A DNA stretch of 64,000 bases, taken from positions 96,001 through 160,000 of the forward strand of contig CAWFKQ010000006.1 of assembly GCA_963816395.1 (NCBI GenBank), read 5' to 3'. The position numbers and the translations under genes were made by a program. Each line of letters starts with the position of its first letter. Position 1 is the stretch's first letter. Source of the stretch: an uncultured delta proteobacterium (lineage in GTDB: Bacteria > Desulfobacterota > Desulfuromonadia > Desulfuromonadales > JACZKF01). Below the pieces are notes generated by a model that was not told the origin of the DNA, made no database searches, and saw nothing but the letters and a program-made list of their open reading frames with translations. Shown in pieces: positions 1 to 10,503 of the stretch.

Positions 1-1893
1 GCGCCGGATCGGGAGGCGCTGACCGCCCTGTTCAAGGAGATGGAGTTCCACAAGCTGCTGCAGGAGTTCTCGGCCGACACCCGCACCACCGGCGAAGGCT
101 ATCACTGCGTCTTCACGCCCGAGGCCTTTGCGGCGATGGTCGTGGAACTGGAGCAGGCCGGGCGCTTCTGCCTGGACACCGAGACGACCAGCCTCGATCC
201 GCTGCGGGCCGAGGTGGTCGGACTCTCTTTCGCCGTGCGACCGCACGAGGCCTGGTATGTCCCCCTGGCGCACCGCTACCTGGGAGTGCCGCAGCAGCTC
301 GACCGGCAGACGGTGCTGGAGCGGCTGCGGCCGCTGCTGGAAGATCCCGCCGTGCCGAAATGCGGCCAGAACCTCAAGTACGACGTCCTGGTGCTGCGCC
401 GGGCCGGCATTCGCCTGGCGGGGCTCGGCTTCGACACCATGATCGCCTCCTACCTGGCGCAGCCGGCGGCCAAGTCGCACTCCCTCGATACCATGGCCGC
501 CGAGCTTCTCGGGCATCAGATGATCACCTACGGCGAATTGACCGGCAGCGGCAAGAAGCAGATCGGTTTCGAGGAAGTCGAATGCGACCGGGCGGCCATC
601 TACTCGGCCGAGGACGCCGACATCACCTTGCGCCTGATGGAGAAGCTGGCGCCGAGACTGGCCGAGACCGGCCAGGACAAACTCTTCCGCGAGGTGGAGA
701 TGGCGCTGCTGCCGGTGCTCATCGACATGGAATGGGCGGGGGTGCGCATCGACCCGGTCTTCCTGCGGCAGCTCAGCGGCGAACTGGCGGCGAAGCTGAC
801 GGCCCTGGAGACGAAGATCCACGAGATGTGCGGCGGACCGTTCAATATCGGCTCGCCCAAGCAGCTCGGGGAGGTTCTTTTCGGCCGGCTGAAGCTGGCC
901 CGCGGCAAGCGCACCAAGACCGGCTGGTCCACCGATGTCGAGGTCCTCACCAAACTGGCCGAGGAGCACGAGGTCTGCGCCCGCATCCTCGACTACCGCT
1001 CCCTGGCCAAGCTGACCAGCACCTACACGGACAACCTGCCCAGGCTGATTCATCCCGGAAACCGGGCGCATCCACACCTCCTTCAACCAGACGGTGACCG
1101 CCACGGGACGGCTCTCCTCCAGCGACCCCAACCTGCAGAACATCCCCATCCGCACCGAGGAGGGGAGCCGCATCCGCGAGGCCTTCATCCCGGCCGAGGG
1201 GAACCTCCTGCTCTCCGCCGACTACTCACAGGTGGAACTGCGCATCCTCGGCCACCTGGCCGCCGAGCCGGCGCTGGAGGAGAGTTTCGCCCGCGGCGAG
1301 GATATTCACCGGCGTACCGCCAGCGAGATCTTCGGCGTCTTTCCCGACCTGGTCACCGCCGAGATGCGCCGGCAGGCGAAGACGATCAACTTCGGCGTTA
1401 TCTACGGGATGAGCGCCTTCGGCCTGGCCAAGGAACTGGGGATCGGCCGCCGCGAGGCGCAGGACTACATCGACAGCTACTTCGCCCGCTACCCGAAAGT
1501 CAAGGAATTCATGGACCGCAAGGTCGCCGAGGCGCGGGAGAAGCAGTTTGTCACCACCCTGCTCGGCCGGCGCTGCGCCATCCCGGAAATCCTCAGCCGG
1601 AACGGCGCGGTGCGCGCCTTTGCCGAGCGCAACGCCATCAATTACCCGATCCAGGGCTCGGCCGCCGACATCATCAAGGTAGCGATGGTCAACGTCCACC
1701 GGCGCCTGCAGCGGGAAGGGCTGGGCGCCCGCATGGTCCTGCAGGTGCATGACGAACTGGTCTTCGACGTTCCCGAGGCGGAACTGGCGGCGGTCACCGC
1801 CCTGGTCCGCGAGGAGATGGAAGGAGCCGTGCGGCTCGATGTCCCCCTGGTGGTCGACATCGGCACGGCCGCAACTGGCGCGAGGCGCATTGA
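1..1893 (+). CDS. polA: DNA polymerase I, 3'-5' exonuclease and polymerase domains (starts before the window; apparent indels near 1060 and 1868)
   Basis: Motifs DTETT (ExoI), TATGRLSSSDPNLQNIP, ADYSQVELR, AKTINFGVIYG and QVHDEL across ORFs 40..1752 and 1094..1909. The repaired end reads GRNWREAH* with TGA at 1891-1893. Confidence 0.97.
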
Positions 1894-1895
1894 AG

Positions 1896-1958
1896 CAGTG
1901 AGGCAGTAAGTAGTGTAGATAGTGAGGTAGTAAAAACTATCGCACTACCTCGCTATCT
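1896..1958. repeat. TAGTGAGG-type short repeat forming an inverted pair
   Basis: AGATAGTGAGGTAGT (1917-1931) is 14/15 complementary to ACTACCTCGCTATCT (1944-1958). The same family occurs at 18828-18875. Confidence 0.7.
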
Positions 1959-2029
1959 CGCTTGTTTTCACCACGTGAAAACGATAGAATTATTCTAATT
2001 ATTTTCATTGCGATCTTCTGGAGGAGAGA

Positions 2030-2896
2030 ATGATCAAGGACATCGGATTCATCGGCCTGGGGACGGTCGGCCGGCACATGGCGGCCCATCTGGCCCGGGG
2101 GGATTACCGGCTGACGGTATACGACCGCCATCCGGCGGAGGTGGGGGAACTGGAACAGCTGGGTGCGAAGCCGGCGGCCACCCCCCGGGATGCGTCCCGG
2201 GGAAATGACCTGGTGGTCGTCATCCTGCCCGAGAAAGAGGAAATGGAGGCGGCCCGGGGCGGCGAAGAGGGATTTCTGGCCGGTCTTGTCCCCGGAACCA
2301 TTCTGGTCGACATGGGTACCCACTCCCTGGAGGCCACCCAGGGGCTGGCCGCCGAAGCCGTTGCCCGCCGGGTACTGTTCCTCGATGCGCCGGTCTGGGG
2401 GACCAAGGAGCACGCGGCCAACGGCCTGCTGACCCTCCTGGTCGGCGGCGACCCGGCCCTGCTCAGCCGCTGCCGGGAAGCTTTTTCCCGCTTCTGCCTG
2501 AACATCATCCATGTCGGGCAGGTTGGGGACGCGACCCGGATGAAGTTCGTCGTCAACCTGATGCAGGCCGAACTCATGCAGGCCCTGGCGGAGGGGCTGG
2601 TCCTGGGGGAGAAACTCGGCTTCTCTGCTGAAAAAGTCCTCGAGGTTCTTGATTCCGGAGGGGTGGCTTCGCCGCTCTTCCATGCCAAGGGGCGCGCCAT
2701 CGCCCGCGGCGATTTCAGCCGCAACCTGGCCCTGAAGTACGTGCATGAGGGATTGCTGCTGGTCATGGAGGCCATTGCCAAGGACAACCTCAAGCTTCCC
2801 GCTGCCGAGGCCGTGTGCCGTACCTTCGAACAGGCGGTGTGCGACGGCCGCGGCGAGGAGGACTTCTCGGCGGTTATAAAGACGCTGTGGTCGTAG
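2030..2896 (+). CDS. NAD(P)-dependent beta-hydroxyacid dehydrogenase (3-hydroxyisobutyrate/tartronate semialdehyde reductase family)
   Basis: IGFIGLGTVG Rossmann motif, FLDAPVWG, catalytic Lys in MKFVVN; GGAGGAG RBS. Confidence 0.9.
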   Translation: MIKDIGFIGLGTVGRHMAAHLARGDYRLTVYDRHPAEVGELEQLGAKPAATPRDASRGNDLVVVILPEKEEMEAARGGEEGFLAGLVPGTILVDMGTHSLEATQGLAAEAVARRVLFLDAPVWGTKEHAANGLLTLLVGGDPALLSRCREAFSRFCLNIIHVGQVGDATRMKFVVNLMQAELMQALAEGLVLGEKLGFSAEKVLEVLDSGGVASPLFHAKGRAIARGDFSRNLALKYVHEGLLLVMEAIAKDNLKLPAAEAVCRTFEQAVCDGRGEEDFSAVIKTLWS

Positions 2897-2977
2897 TAGA
2901 GGCCTGATACGGCGGTAAGGCAGGGGGCGCCCGGACGGAGGCGCCTCTGCCGCCTTCGCATTTTGCTCACGGTGTTT

Positions 2978-3881
2978 ATGCTGAATTTCCTGCCGCCGCT
3001 GTTCCGGGGCGGGCTGACCTTCTGCCTGCTGTTTCTCAATAGCGTGTTCTGGTGTCTGCCCTTTATTCCCGGCGCCCTGCTCAAGCTCCCGCCGCATGCC
3101 GGCTGGCGGACCGGCTGCACCGCTCTGCTGCGGCGGCTGGGTGATGGCTGGATCGCCGGCGTCAACCTGATCGTTCGCCGGACCCTGCCGACCACCTGGG
3201 ATATCAGAGGCGCCGGTTGACCTGAGCCGGTCGGAAAGTTACCTCCTGCTGGCCAATCATCAGTCTTGGGTCGATATTTTCGTCCTGCTGCGACTCTTCG
3301 ACCGGCGCATCCCCTTTCCTGTCTTCTTCGTCAAGAAGGAGCTGCGCTGGCTGCCGCTGCTCGGCGTGGCCATGTGGGCACTCGATTTTCCCTTTGTCGA
3401 GCGCTATCCGCAGGCGATGGTCGAGCGTCGGCCGCAACTGCGCGGCCGGGATCTGGAGACCGCCCGGCGGGCCTGCGAGAGCTATCGGGAGTTGCCGGTG
3501 ACGCTGGTCAACTTTGCGGAGGGAACGCGTTTTACCCTCGACAAGTATCGCCGCCAGGGATCGCCCTATCGGCACCTGCTGCGCCCCCGGCCGGGCGGCG
3601 CCGGCGTGGTCCTGACCACCCTCGGCGAGCGCCTGGCGGCCATTCTCGACGTCACCATCGCCTATCCGGATGGCCCCCCCCGTTTTCGGGATTTTCTTGC
3701 CGGGCGCGTGCCTCGGGTGATTGCCCGAGTGCGGCGGCGGAGAGTGCCGGCGGACCTCGCCGGCGACTATCAGGGGGATGCCGTCCTCCGCCAGCGGTAC
3801 CGTGCCTGGCTGGAAAATATCTGGCTCGACAAGGACCGGCAGATTGACCATCTTTTGCGCGAAGAGGTCGCTGGCGGCTAA
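2978..3881 (+). CDS. PlsC/YihG-like acyltransferase (frameshifted in assembly)
   Basis: NHQSWVD (HX4D) at about 3255, FVKKELRWLP, NFAEGTRF and HLLRPRPGG motifs spread over frames. Confidence 0.85.
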
Positions 3882-3956
3882 GCGAACTCGCCAGTTCCCA
3901 CCCGGAGTTTCCGAGCTGGCAACCAAGCTGGCGCTGTTCTTTTCCCTCGGAATCCC

Positions 3957-6900
3957 ATGCGGAATTCCTTCCTGAGATATGCCTTGGCCCTGCTGGCGGT
4001 GCTGCTGCTGGTTCTCGGTGCCGTCCTGCTCTATCCCGATCGCGTGCTGGAGTCGATCCGGCCATGGCTGGAGCGGGTGGCGGCTGACCGCCTGGACGCC
4101 CGCGTCGACTTCAGCCGGATCACCGGTTCCCTCGCCGGGGGCCGGCTCAGTGTGGAAAATCTGCGGATCGAGAGGGAAGGGGAGCTGCAGATCGAGGTGC
4201 GGCGACTGGAGGGTGGCTTCACGCTGCCCGGCCTGCTCGCCGGCCGCCTGGAATCGCTGCGTCTGCTGGAACCTTCGGTAAGAATCACGGCTGCGGCGCC
4301 GGCCGCCGGTGCGCGGCCACTCCCCGCGCAGCCGCCGCTCACGGTCCGCCATCTGGAGGTCAGCGGCGGCCGATTGCAGCTGCAGGCCGCCGGCCGCATC
4401 TATCGGGCGGGAGAGATAGAGGGTGCCGGCGCCCTGGGGAAATCCGCTCCGTTTCATCTTGTCGCCCGGATAGGGGCAGGGAATGGGTTGCCCCTGGCCG
4501 CTCGCGGGGAGCTTGCCTGGGAGCGGCCGCTCACCATTACCCTGGAGGCGTTCCAATGGGGAGAGCGGGAACTGCTTGCCTCTCCCCTGACCATCACCTT
4601 CCCGGAGACCGGCGCCGCCGCCAGCGGCGCCTTCCGCCTCGACCGTTTCGACAGCGATCAACTCGCCATCGTGTCGGCCGCCTTCGGTCTGGAGCAGCCC
4701 CTGCCGGCCGGCTGGCGTTTCACCCTGGAAAACCCGGAATTCCGTTTCCGTCTGGCGGATGGGCTGAAGACCGCATTAAAGGTGCCCGGAGGTTCGATCG
4801 AGGGCGGCGGCATCAGCTTTCCCCTGGCGCAGGTGGAGATTGGGAGCTCACCGGCCGGGATGGGGAATGGAGGGGGGAGGGAAGCTTCCGTCTGGCCGGC
4901 GCCGTCGGCCGGGCGCAGGGGCGGTTCGCCGGGGGGCGGACTGCCGGCTCCTTGCAGCTGCGGGTGACCGATCCCGTCGGACTTTCCTCCGGCGGCTGTT
5001 CGCCGGATCCTTCCTGACTCTGGCCGGGGGCATGGATCTGGCGGCGGAATTTTCCCTGGCCGGGGAGGAGGAGCACCTGCATGCCACTCTGAGCGGCCGC
5101 CAAGGCGTCCGACCGGCGGACTTCATGGCCGACCTTTCGCCCCTGAGCGCCGAGCTGGAGCTTGCCCGGCAGCGGGCAGGCTTCAGCGGCAGCGGGCGAC
5201 TGCGGCTGCGGCGGCGGGAGATTGCCCGTCTCAAGGGGACGCCGGAGCGCCTGCAGATCGAACTCCTCTCCGTTGCCGGCTCCGAGCTGGCCGACCTGCT
5301 GCCGCCGGCCAGGCGCCCGGCGCTGCTTGCCGGGGCTACCGGGATTGGCGGGACGGTCACGGCTGACCGGCGATCGGGACGGCCGATGGAGCGGCCCGGT
5401 GCGGTTGCGGGCGGCATCCGTATCCCTGCCCCGCGGCAGGCTGCAGCAACTTCAGTTGGGCGGCCGGGCCGGGTGGAGCGGGCACGGGTCTGAGTATGGC
5501 AGATGGCGACCTTCAGCGCCCGGCTGGCGGGGGAAGATATGCCGTCGGGAGAGATCTCCGCTGCCGGCGCCGGGGAATATTCCGGCCGGGGATACCGGCT
5601 GCGTCTCGACCGGCTGCGGTTGAAGGGGGTGGAGTACCTCTCTCCCGACGGCCTGAGCGGCCTGAATGGCGGGCGCCTGGAGGGACAAGGAAGCCTCACC
5701 GGACGACCAGGGGCGGGGAATGTCCGCCTGGAGCTGACGGCGGCTTTCGGCGCCGGCGAGGTCCTGCGCGGCGCCTTCTACGCCAATCTCGCCTCTCTGA
5801 GCGGTAAATTGACCCTGCTCTGCAGCGTCGATCCGGGCACCGGGCGGCTGCAGGCGCAGCGCCTGGAGATAACGGTGCCGGGAGTCGGTTCAGCGGCCCT
5901 GCACGGGAGCCTGGGGGGAAAGGCCTCGGCGGTGAAGGGGGAGCTGTCCCTGCCGGACCTGAAAACGCTGCTGGCCGGGCCACTCGGACCCGCCCTGGCC
6001 GGCGTCCATCCGGCTCTGTCGGGGCTGCAGCTGGGCGGCGGGATGAAAGCCGGTCTGGTTGCGCAGCAGGAGGACGGCGGCTGGCGCCTGGCCGGGGAAT
6101 TGCGGCCGCAGGGGCTGGACCTGTCCTGGCCGGGAATCCAGCTGACCCTGCGCGGCGGCAGCGGCCGATTCCCCTTCGACCTGCGTCCCGGCACCGGGGC
6201 GGCTGCCGAATCGGGAGAGGGCAGCAAGGCAGAGCTGACCTTTCCAGGAGCTGCACCTCGGCCCGGCGGTCCTGGCCGGCCGCTCAATCTCCCTCACTGC
6301 CGCTCCCAACCGGTTCAGCATCGACTCACCCCTGGTATTTGCCCTGGCCGGCGGCGAATTGCGCCTCCCGGAGGCAGCCGTGGCCATCGGCGCCGCCGGT
6401 CTCGAAATCACCGCTCGGCTGCGGCTGCAGGGAGTTCACCTGGGAGAGCTGACCCGCGCCCTGGGGATGACGGAGATGTCCGGCCGGCTGTCCGCCGACC
6501 TGGGACGGATCCGTTATGCCGGCGGCACCGTCACCTCAGACGGCAATCTTGGGATCAATGCCTTCGGCGGCGCCATCCTGGTGCGCAACCTGCGCCTGGA
6601 ATCCCTCTTCTCCAGTTACGCCACCTATCTCGCCGACCTCGATTTCACCGGCGTCGACCTGCACCAATTGACCCGCACCTTCGCCTTCGGCGAGATCAAC
6701 GGCGTGGCCGACGGCTATATCCACGGCCTGCGCCTGTTCGGCAAAGTCCCCTCCGCTTTCGAAGCGGTGCTGGAGACGCGCGAGCGCGGACGGCGCAACA
6801 TCAGCGTCAAGGCGTTGAACAACCTGACGGTGATCAGCCAGGGGGGGCTTTCCGGGGTACTCTCCAAGGGGCTTTACCGCTTCATCGATTTCTACCGCTA

Positions 6901-7111
6901 TCGCAAGATCGGTATCCGCTGCGCATTGAAAAACGACGTCTTCACCCTGGAGGGGACCGCCCGCCCGGGCTCCGACCGCTACCTGGTCTACGGCGGCTGG
7001 CTGCCGCCCAAAATCGATATCATCGCCCCGGCGCATGCCATTTCCTTCAAGGAGATGCTCAAACGTCTGCAGCGCATCGAGCGGACCGAGGGAGGGGCGG
7101 TAAAGGATTGA
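3957..7111 (+). CDS. YdbH/AsmA-like bridge-like lipid transfer protein (several frameshifts)
   Basis: N-terminal TM anchor, long beta-rich body, C-terminal segment ending FYRYRKIGIRCALKND...LKRLQRI; followed by a YnbE/YdbL-like gene. Confidence 0.7.
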
Positions 7112-7137
7112 TTTCCGTAGGCAGGGGCGGATAGAAT

Positions 7138-7188
7138 GCAAGCCGCAAGCCGCAAGCCGCTAGCTGATAGCTGATAGCTGATAGCTGA
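7138..7188. repeat. Heptamer tandem array (GCAAGCC)3-GC-(TAGCTGA)4
   Basis: Read directly; lies just upstream of the GGAGGT RBS of the next gene. Confidence 0.9.
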
Positions 7189-7205
7189 TTCCTAGGAGGT
7201 TCTCC

Positions 7206-7778
7206 ATGCGACAATTCACCCGTTTGCTGCCGATTCTGTCCGTTCTCACCGTGCTTTCCTGCGTCACCATCAACATTTACTTCCCAGCCGACGAGGTGCG
7301 CGGCGCCGCCGACCGCATCGTCAACGAGGTGTGGGGTGAGCGGGCGCAGGAGAGCCCGCCGGCCAAACCCGAGAAGTCGCCCGGCAGCTCCATGCTGCAG
7401 TGGGTGCAGCCGCAATCGGCTTACGCCGCCCAGGACATCAACGTCAGCACGCCGGAGATCCGCGCCCTGCGCGAGGCGATGAAAGCGCGCTCGGCCGCTC
7501 TCTTCCCGTATCTCGATGCGGGCAACGTCGGGATCGGTAGCGACGGGCTGCTCAAGGTGCGCAGCACCGACGGCCTCGACCTGCGGGCGCGCGGCGAAGT
7601 CTCGCGCCTGGTGCAGGCGGAGAACGCCGACCGGCTGCGTCTGTACCGGGAGATCGCCCGCGCCAACGGCTTTCCCGAAAAATCCGACGAGGTTCGCGAC
7701 ATCTTCGCCCAGACCTGGCGGGAGAAGGCGGCGCCCGGCTGGTACCTGGAGAAAAACGGCGGCTGGGTGCGGAAATAA
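7206..7778 (+). CDS. YnbE-like lipoprotein fused to a YdbL (DUF1318) domain
   Basis: Lipobox VLSC followed by VTINIYFPA; ENADRLRLYREIA and APGWY, typical of DUF1318. Confidence 0.8.
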   Translation: MRQFTRLLPILSVLTVLSCVTINIYFPADEVRGAADRIVNEVWGERAQESPPAKPEKSPGSSMLQWVQPQSAYAAQDINVSTPEIRALREAMKARSAALFPYLDAGNVGIGSDGLLKVRSTDGLDLRARGEVSRLVQAENADRLRLYREIARANGFPEKSDEVRDIFAQTWREKAAPGWYLEKNGGWVRK

Positions 7779-7809
7779 GGGTCATAAGCAATCTGCGGGA
7801 GGATGAACA

Positions 7810-8413
7810 ATGCGTTCAGTGATAAGGGGGATGTGTACTCTCTTGGCCTTGTCAATTGTCGCGGCGGGCACTGCCGGCGCCGGCGAGATCAAGCCCTACC
7901 AGGCGCAAGGGATTGAACCGTACCGATGCCCAGGAGATCCAACCCACTCAGGCCCAGGGCATCCAGCCCGCTCAGGCCCAGGGCATCCAGCCCTATCAGG
8001 CACCGGAGGTTCAGCCCGGCAAGGCAGGGGAAGTCGGGTCGCAGCGTTCCATGAACCGCCGGCCGAAAGAAAAAAACGAAAGGATAAAGCTGAGTTACTT
8101 TTTCCGCGTCTGGCATACCGGGGTACCGGGGGCGGTATGGCAGACGCCGAGCGAGGTGCCGGGTTACAACCGCCTGCACATCGCCCCGGCGTTGACTGCC
8201 GGCGACCTGACCATCTCACCGGAGGGGCTTTACGCCTGGAATTCCTACGGCGGCAAGACGGGGAAGTGGGTCCGGGGCAACTGCGCCTATCCGGTCGTTC
8301 TCATCGACACCGTCGAGAACAAGCGCTGGCAGGTCGGGTACGACCCCAGGCACACCGGCGGGCGGGACATCATCATCTGGGACGGATCGATCTGGTACGA
8401 CGGCAGGAAATAG
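7810..8413 (+). CDS. Secreted hypothetical protein with 8-aa IQPxQAQG repeats (one frameshift at about 7925)
   Basis: Signal peptide in ORF 7810; repeats and a Trp/Tyr/Gly-rich domain in ORF 7856..8413; 24-bp DNA repeats at about 7888-8016. Confidence 0.65.
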
Positions 8414-8523
8414 GCGCTCCCGCCGCAATCCGGCGATCCTGGAGGAGCGCAATCAGGTTTCCTCTTGCCGCATGGGAAACAGATTTCCGTTCCACCCAGT
8501 GGCGGGTACCGCATCTGAGAAGT

Positions 8524-8922
8524 TCAGGAGGGGTGGTCATCCCCGCCCACCTCCCCGGTCGCAGTCTCCTTCATCTGCCGGGCCAGATTGAGAACCGTGC
8601 CGACGATAAAGGGCTTGGCCAGGATCCGGGAGATACCCACGGCGGCCTGGCTGTCGATTTCCGGCGGCTCCCCCGCCGTGGTCAGGACGATCTGCAGGTC
8701 CGGGACGATCTCCCTGGCCCGGCTGGCCAGCTCCAGGCCATCCATCCCCGGCATCCGGTAATCGGTGACCAGCAGGCGAAAGCGTCTTTTGCCCAACTCA
8801 GCCAAGGCCTTGGCGCCGTTTTCAGAGCAATGGACTTTCAGCCCGGCCGCGGTGAAAATCCGCTCCAGCAAATCCAGCGTCACTTCGTCATCATCGACCA
8901 GTAGAATGCCCGGATCTTCCAT
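8524..8922 (-). CDS. Single-domain response regulator receiver
   Basis: ILLVDDD, TDYRMPGMDG, LTT and LAKPF motifs. Confidence 0.9.
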   Translation of the reverse strand: MEDPGILLVDDDEVTLDLLERIFTAAGLKVHCSENGAKALAELGKRRFRLLVTDYRMPGMDGLELASRAREIVPDLQIVLTTAGEPPEIDSQAAVGISRILAKPFIVGTVLNLARQMKETATGEVGGDDHPS

Positions 8923-9244
8923 CGTCCCCTCCTGTTGAGTTCCCGTCCCCAATTTCCCCGAGCGGCAGCAGCCGGTAAACCAGGGTGGCGCCGCGCCCCG
9001 CAGCCGTTTCCAGGTTGAAAAATTCGATCAGCCCATGCTCGGCCAGAAGCCTGCCCGCGGCCCTCAGCGCCGCCTGGGAAAGGTCCTCTCCCAAAGCACT
9101 GCGCAGAGAGGAGTGAGGCACCTTTCCGTGCCCGGTTTCGCTGCAGCCGGCGAGCAGGAGCAGGTAGAGTCTGACCGCGTCGATGTCCAGGGATTTCCTC
9201 CCCGCTTTTTTCCCGAATTCCTGCAAAAGCCGGAACCTGTCCAT
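8891..9244 (-). CDS. Hypothetical protein, possibly winged-helix
   Basis: ORF with [12 protein letters not shown]; helix-rich, ending LAEHGLIEF...LVYRL like a wHTH wing. Confidence 0.5.
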   Translation of the reverse strand: MDRFRLLQEFGKKAGRKSLDIDAVRLYLLLLAGCSETGHGKVPHSSLRSALGEDLSQAALRAAGRLLAEHGLIEFFNLETAAGRGATLVYRLLPLGEIGDGNSTGGDDGRSGHSTGR

Positions 9245-9417
9245 TTCCCCTCCTTGAGAAAATGGAAAAAATTCGTCGCATAGATAAGATATATATACAT
9301 CATTGTCAACAATAAAAATGAATATATATCCTATCGAATAGGAATTGACTTCCGGGAGAATTACCGATATACAGGTGGCATCTTCCCCCGGAATGCCTGT
9401 TCCGCCAAGGAGTTAGC

Positions 9418-9855
9418 TTGAGAAGCGAGATCGGTCGACGATTGAAGGACCTGCGGGTGGCGAAAGGTCTCACCCAGAAGGGGTTGGCATCCCGCGTCAG
9501 CGGAGGGCTGGACTACACCTACATCGGCAAGATCGAAAGGGGAGAGCAACTGCCTTCCCTGAAAATCCTGCTCGGAATCAGCCAGGCTCTCGGCGTGCCT
9601 GTCGGTCACTTCTTCCGGGAGGAGGCGGCGGCCGCCGGTGAAATTCTGCCCGCCGACCTGCGTGCTCTGCTGGTGCAGGAGAAAGGGCGCGAGCTGATTC
9701 AGGCCCTGCGGCTGCTGCATCCGGCCGATCTGCCGCTGATCACCGAAATCGCCCAGGTGCTCAACCGCCACCGGGCCGGCGCCCGGGATCCCAGGCGGAC
9801 CCCAGGCGACCTGCTGCGGGCTGCCGAGGAAGAGCCCCCGTACGAAAAGAGCTGA
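9418..9855 (+). CDS. XRE-family HTH transcriptional regulator
   Basis: IGRRLKDLRVAKGLTQKGLA...YIGKIERGEQLPSL; AAGGAG RBS before a TTG start. Confidence 0.9.
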   Translation: MRSEIGRRLKDLRVAKGLTQKGLASRVSGGLDYTYIGKIERGEQLPSLKILLGISQALGVPVGHFFREEAAAAGEILPADLRALLVQEKGRELIQALRLLHPADLPLITEIAQVLNRHRAGARDPRRTPGDLLRAAEEEPPYEKS

Positions 9856-9876
9856 TCCCCACCTGCGAAAACGGGC

Positions 9877-10503
9877 ATGGCAGAAGGGCTTTCAATTCCA
9901 GCAGCTATTCCCCCGGCAAGCAACGACATGAGTTTTCCCGAGTTTCTCTTGCGTCTGCCCGAATGGATCGAGGAGGAAATCCCCGATCCGAACCGCCCCT
10001 ATCCGGACCTCGATCAACGCATGGAACTGGCGATCCGACTGGCTCGGCGCAACATCCGGGAAGGCGCGGGCGGTCCGTTCGGCGCGGCCGTTTTCGAAAT
10101 TTCCGCCGGCCGGCTGATCTCTCCGGGGGTCAACCTGGTCATCCCGGCCTCCTGCTCGGTGGCGCACGCCGAGATCGTCGCCATCATTCTCGCTCAGCAG
10201 CGGCTCGGCACCTTTTCTCTCCGCGGCGAAGGCGGCATCCGCTACCAACTGGTGAGCTCCACCGAGCCATGCGCCATGTGCCTGGGCGCCGTGCCCTGGT
10301 CGGGGGTCAGCAGCCTGGTCTGCGGGGCCCGCGACGAGGATGCCCGGAGTGTCGGCTTCACGGAGGGCGACAAACCTTTGCTGTGGGAAGGGTATCTCGC
10401 ATCCCGGGGCATCGAAGTGATCCGCGATATCCGGCGCGATGAAGCCACGGCGGTGCTGCGAAATTATGCCGAAAGCGGAGGCTTTATCTACAACGGCAGA
10501 TGA
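9877..10503 (+). CDS. Zn-dependent nucleoside/nucleobase deaminase (cytidine/guanine deaminase family)
   Basis: GGPFGA, HAE and EPCAMC motifs; the real start may be the Met at 9928. Confidence 0.9.
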   Translation: MAEGLSIPAAIPPASNDMSFPEFLLRLPEWIEEEIPDPNRPYPDLDQRMELAIRLARRNIREGAGGPFGAAVFEISAGRLISPGVNLVIPASCSVAHAEIVAIILAQQRLGTFSLRGEGGIRYQLVSSTEPCAMCLGAVPWSGVSSLVCGARDEDARSVGFTEGDKPLLWEGYLASRGIEVIRDIRRDEATAVLRNYAESGGFIYNGR

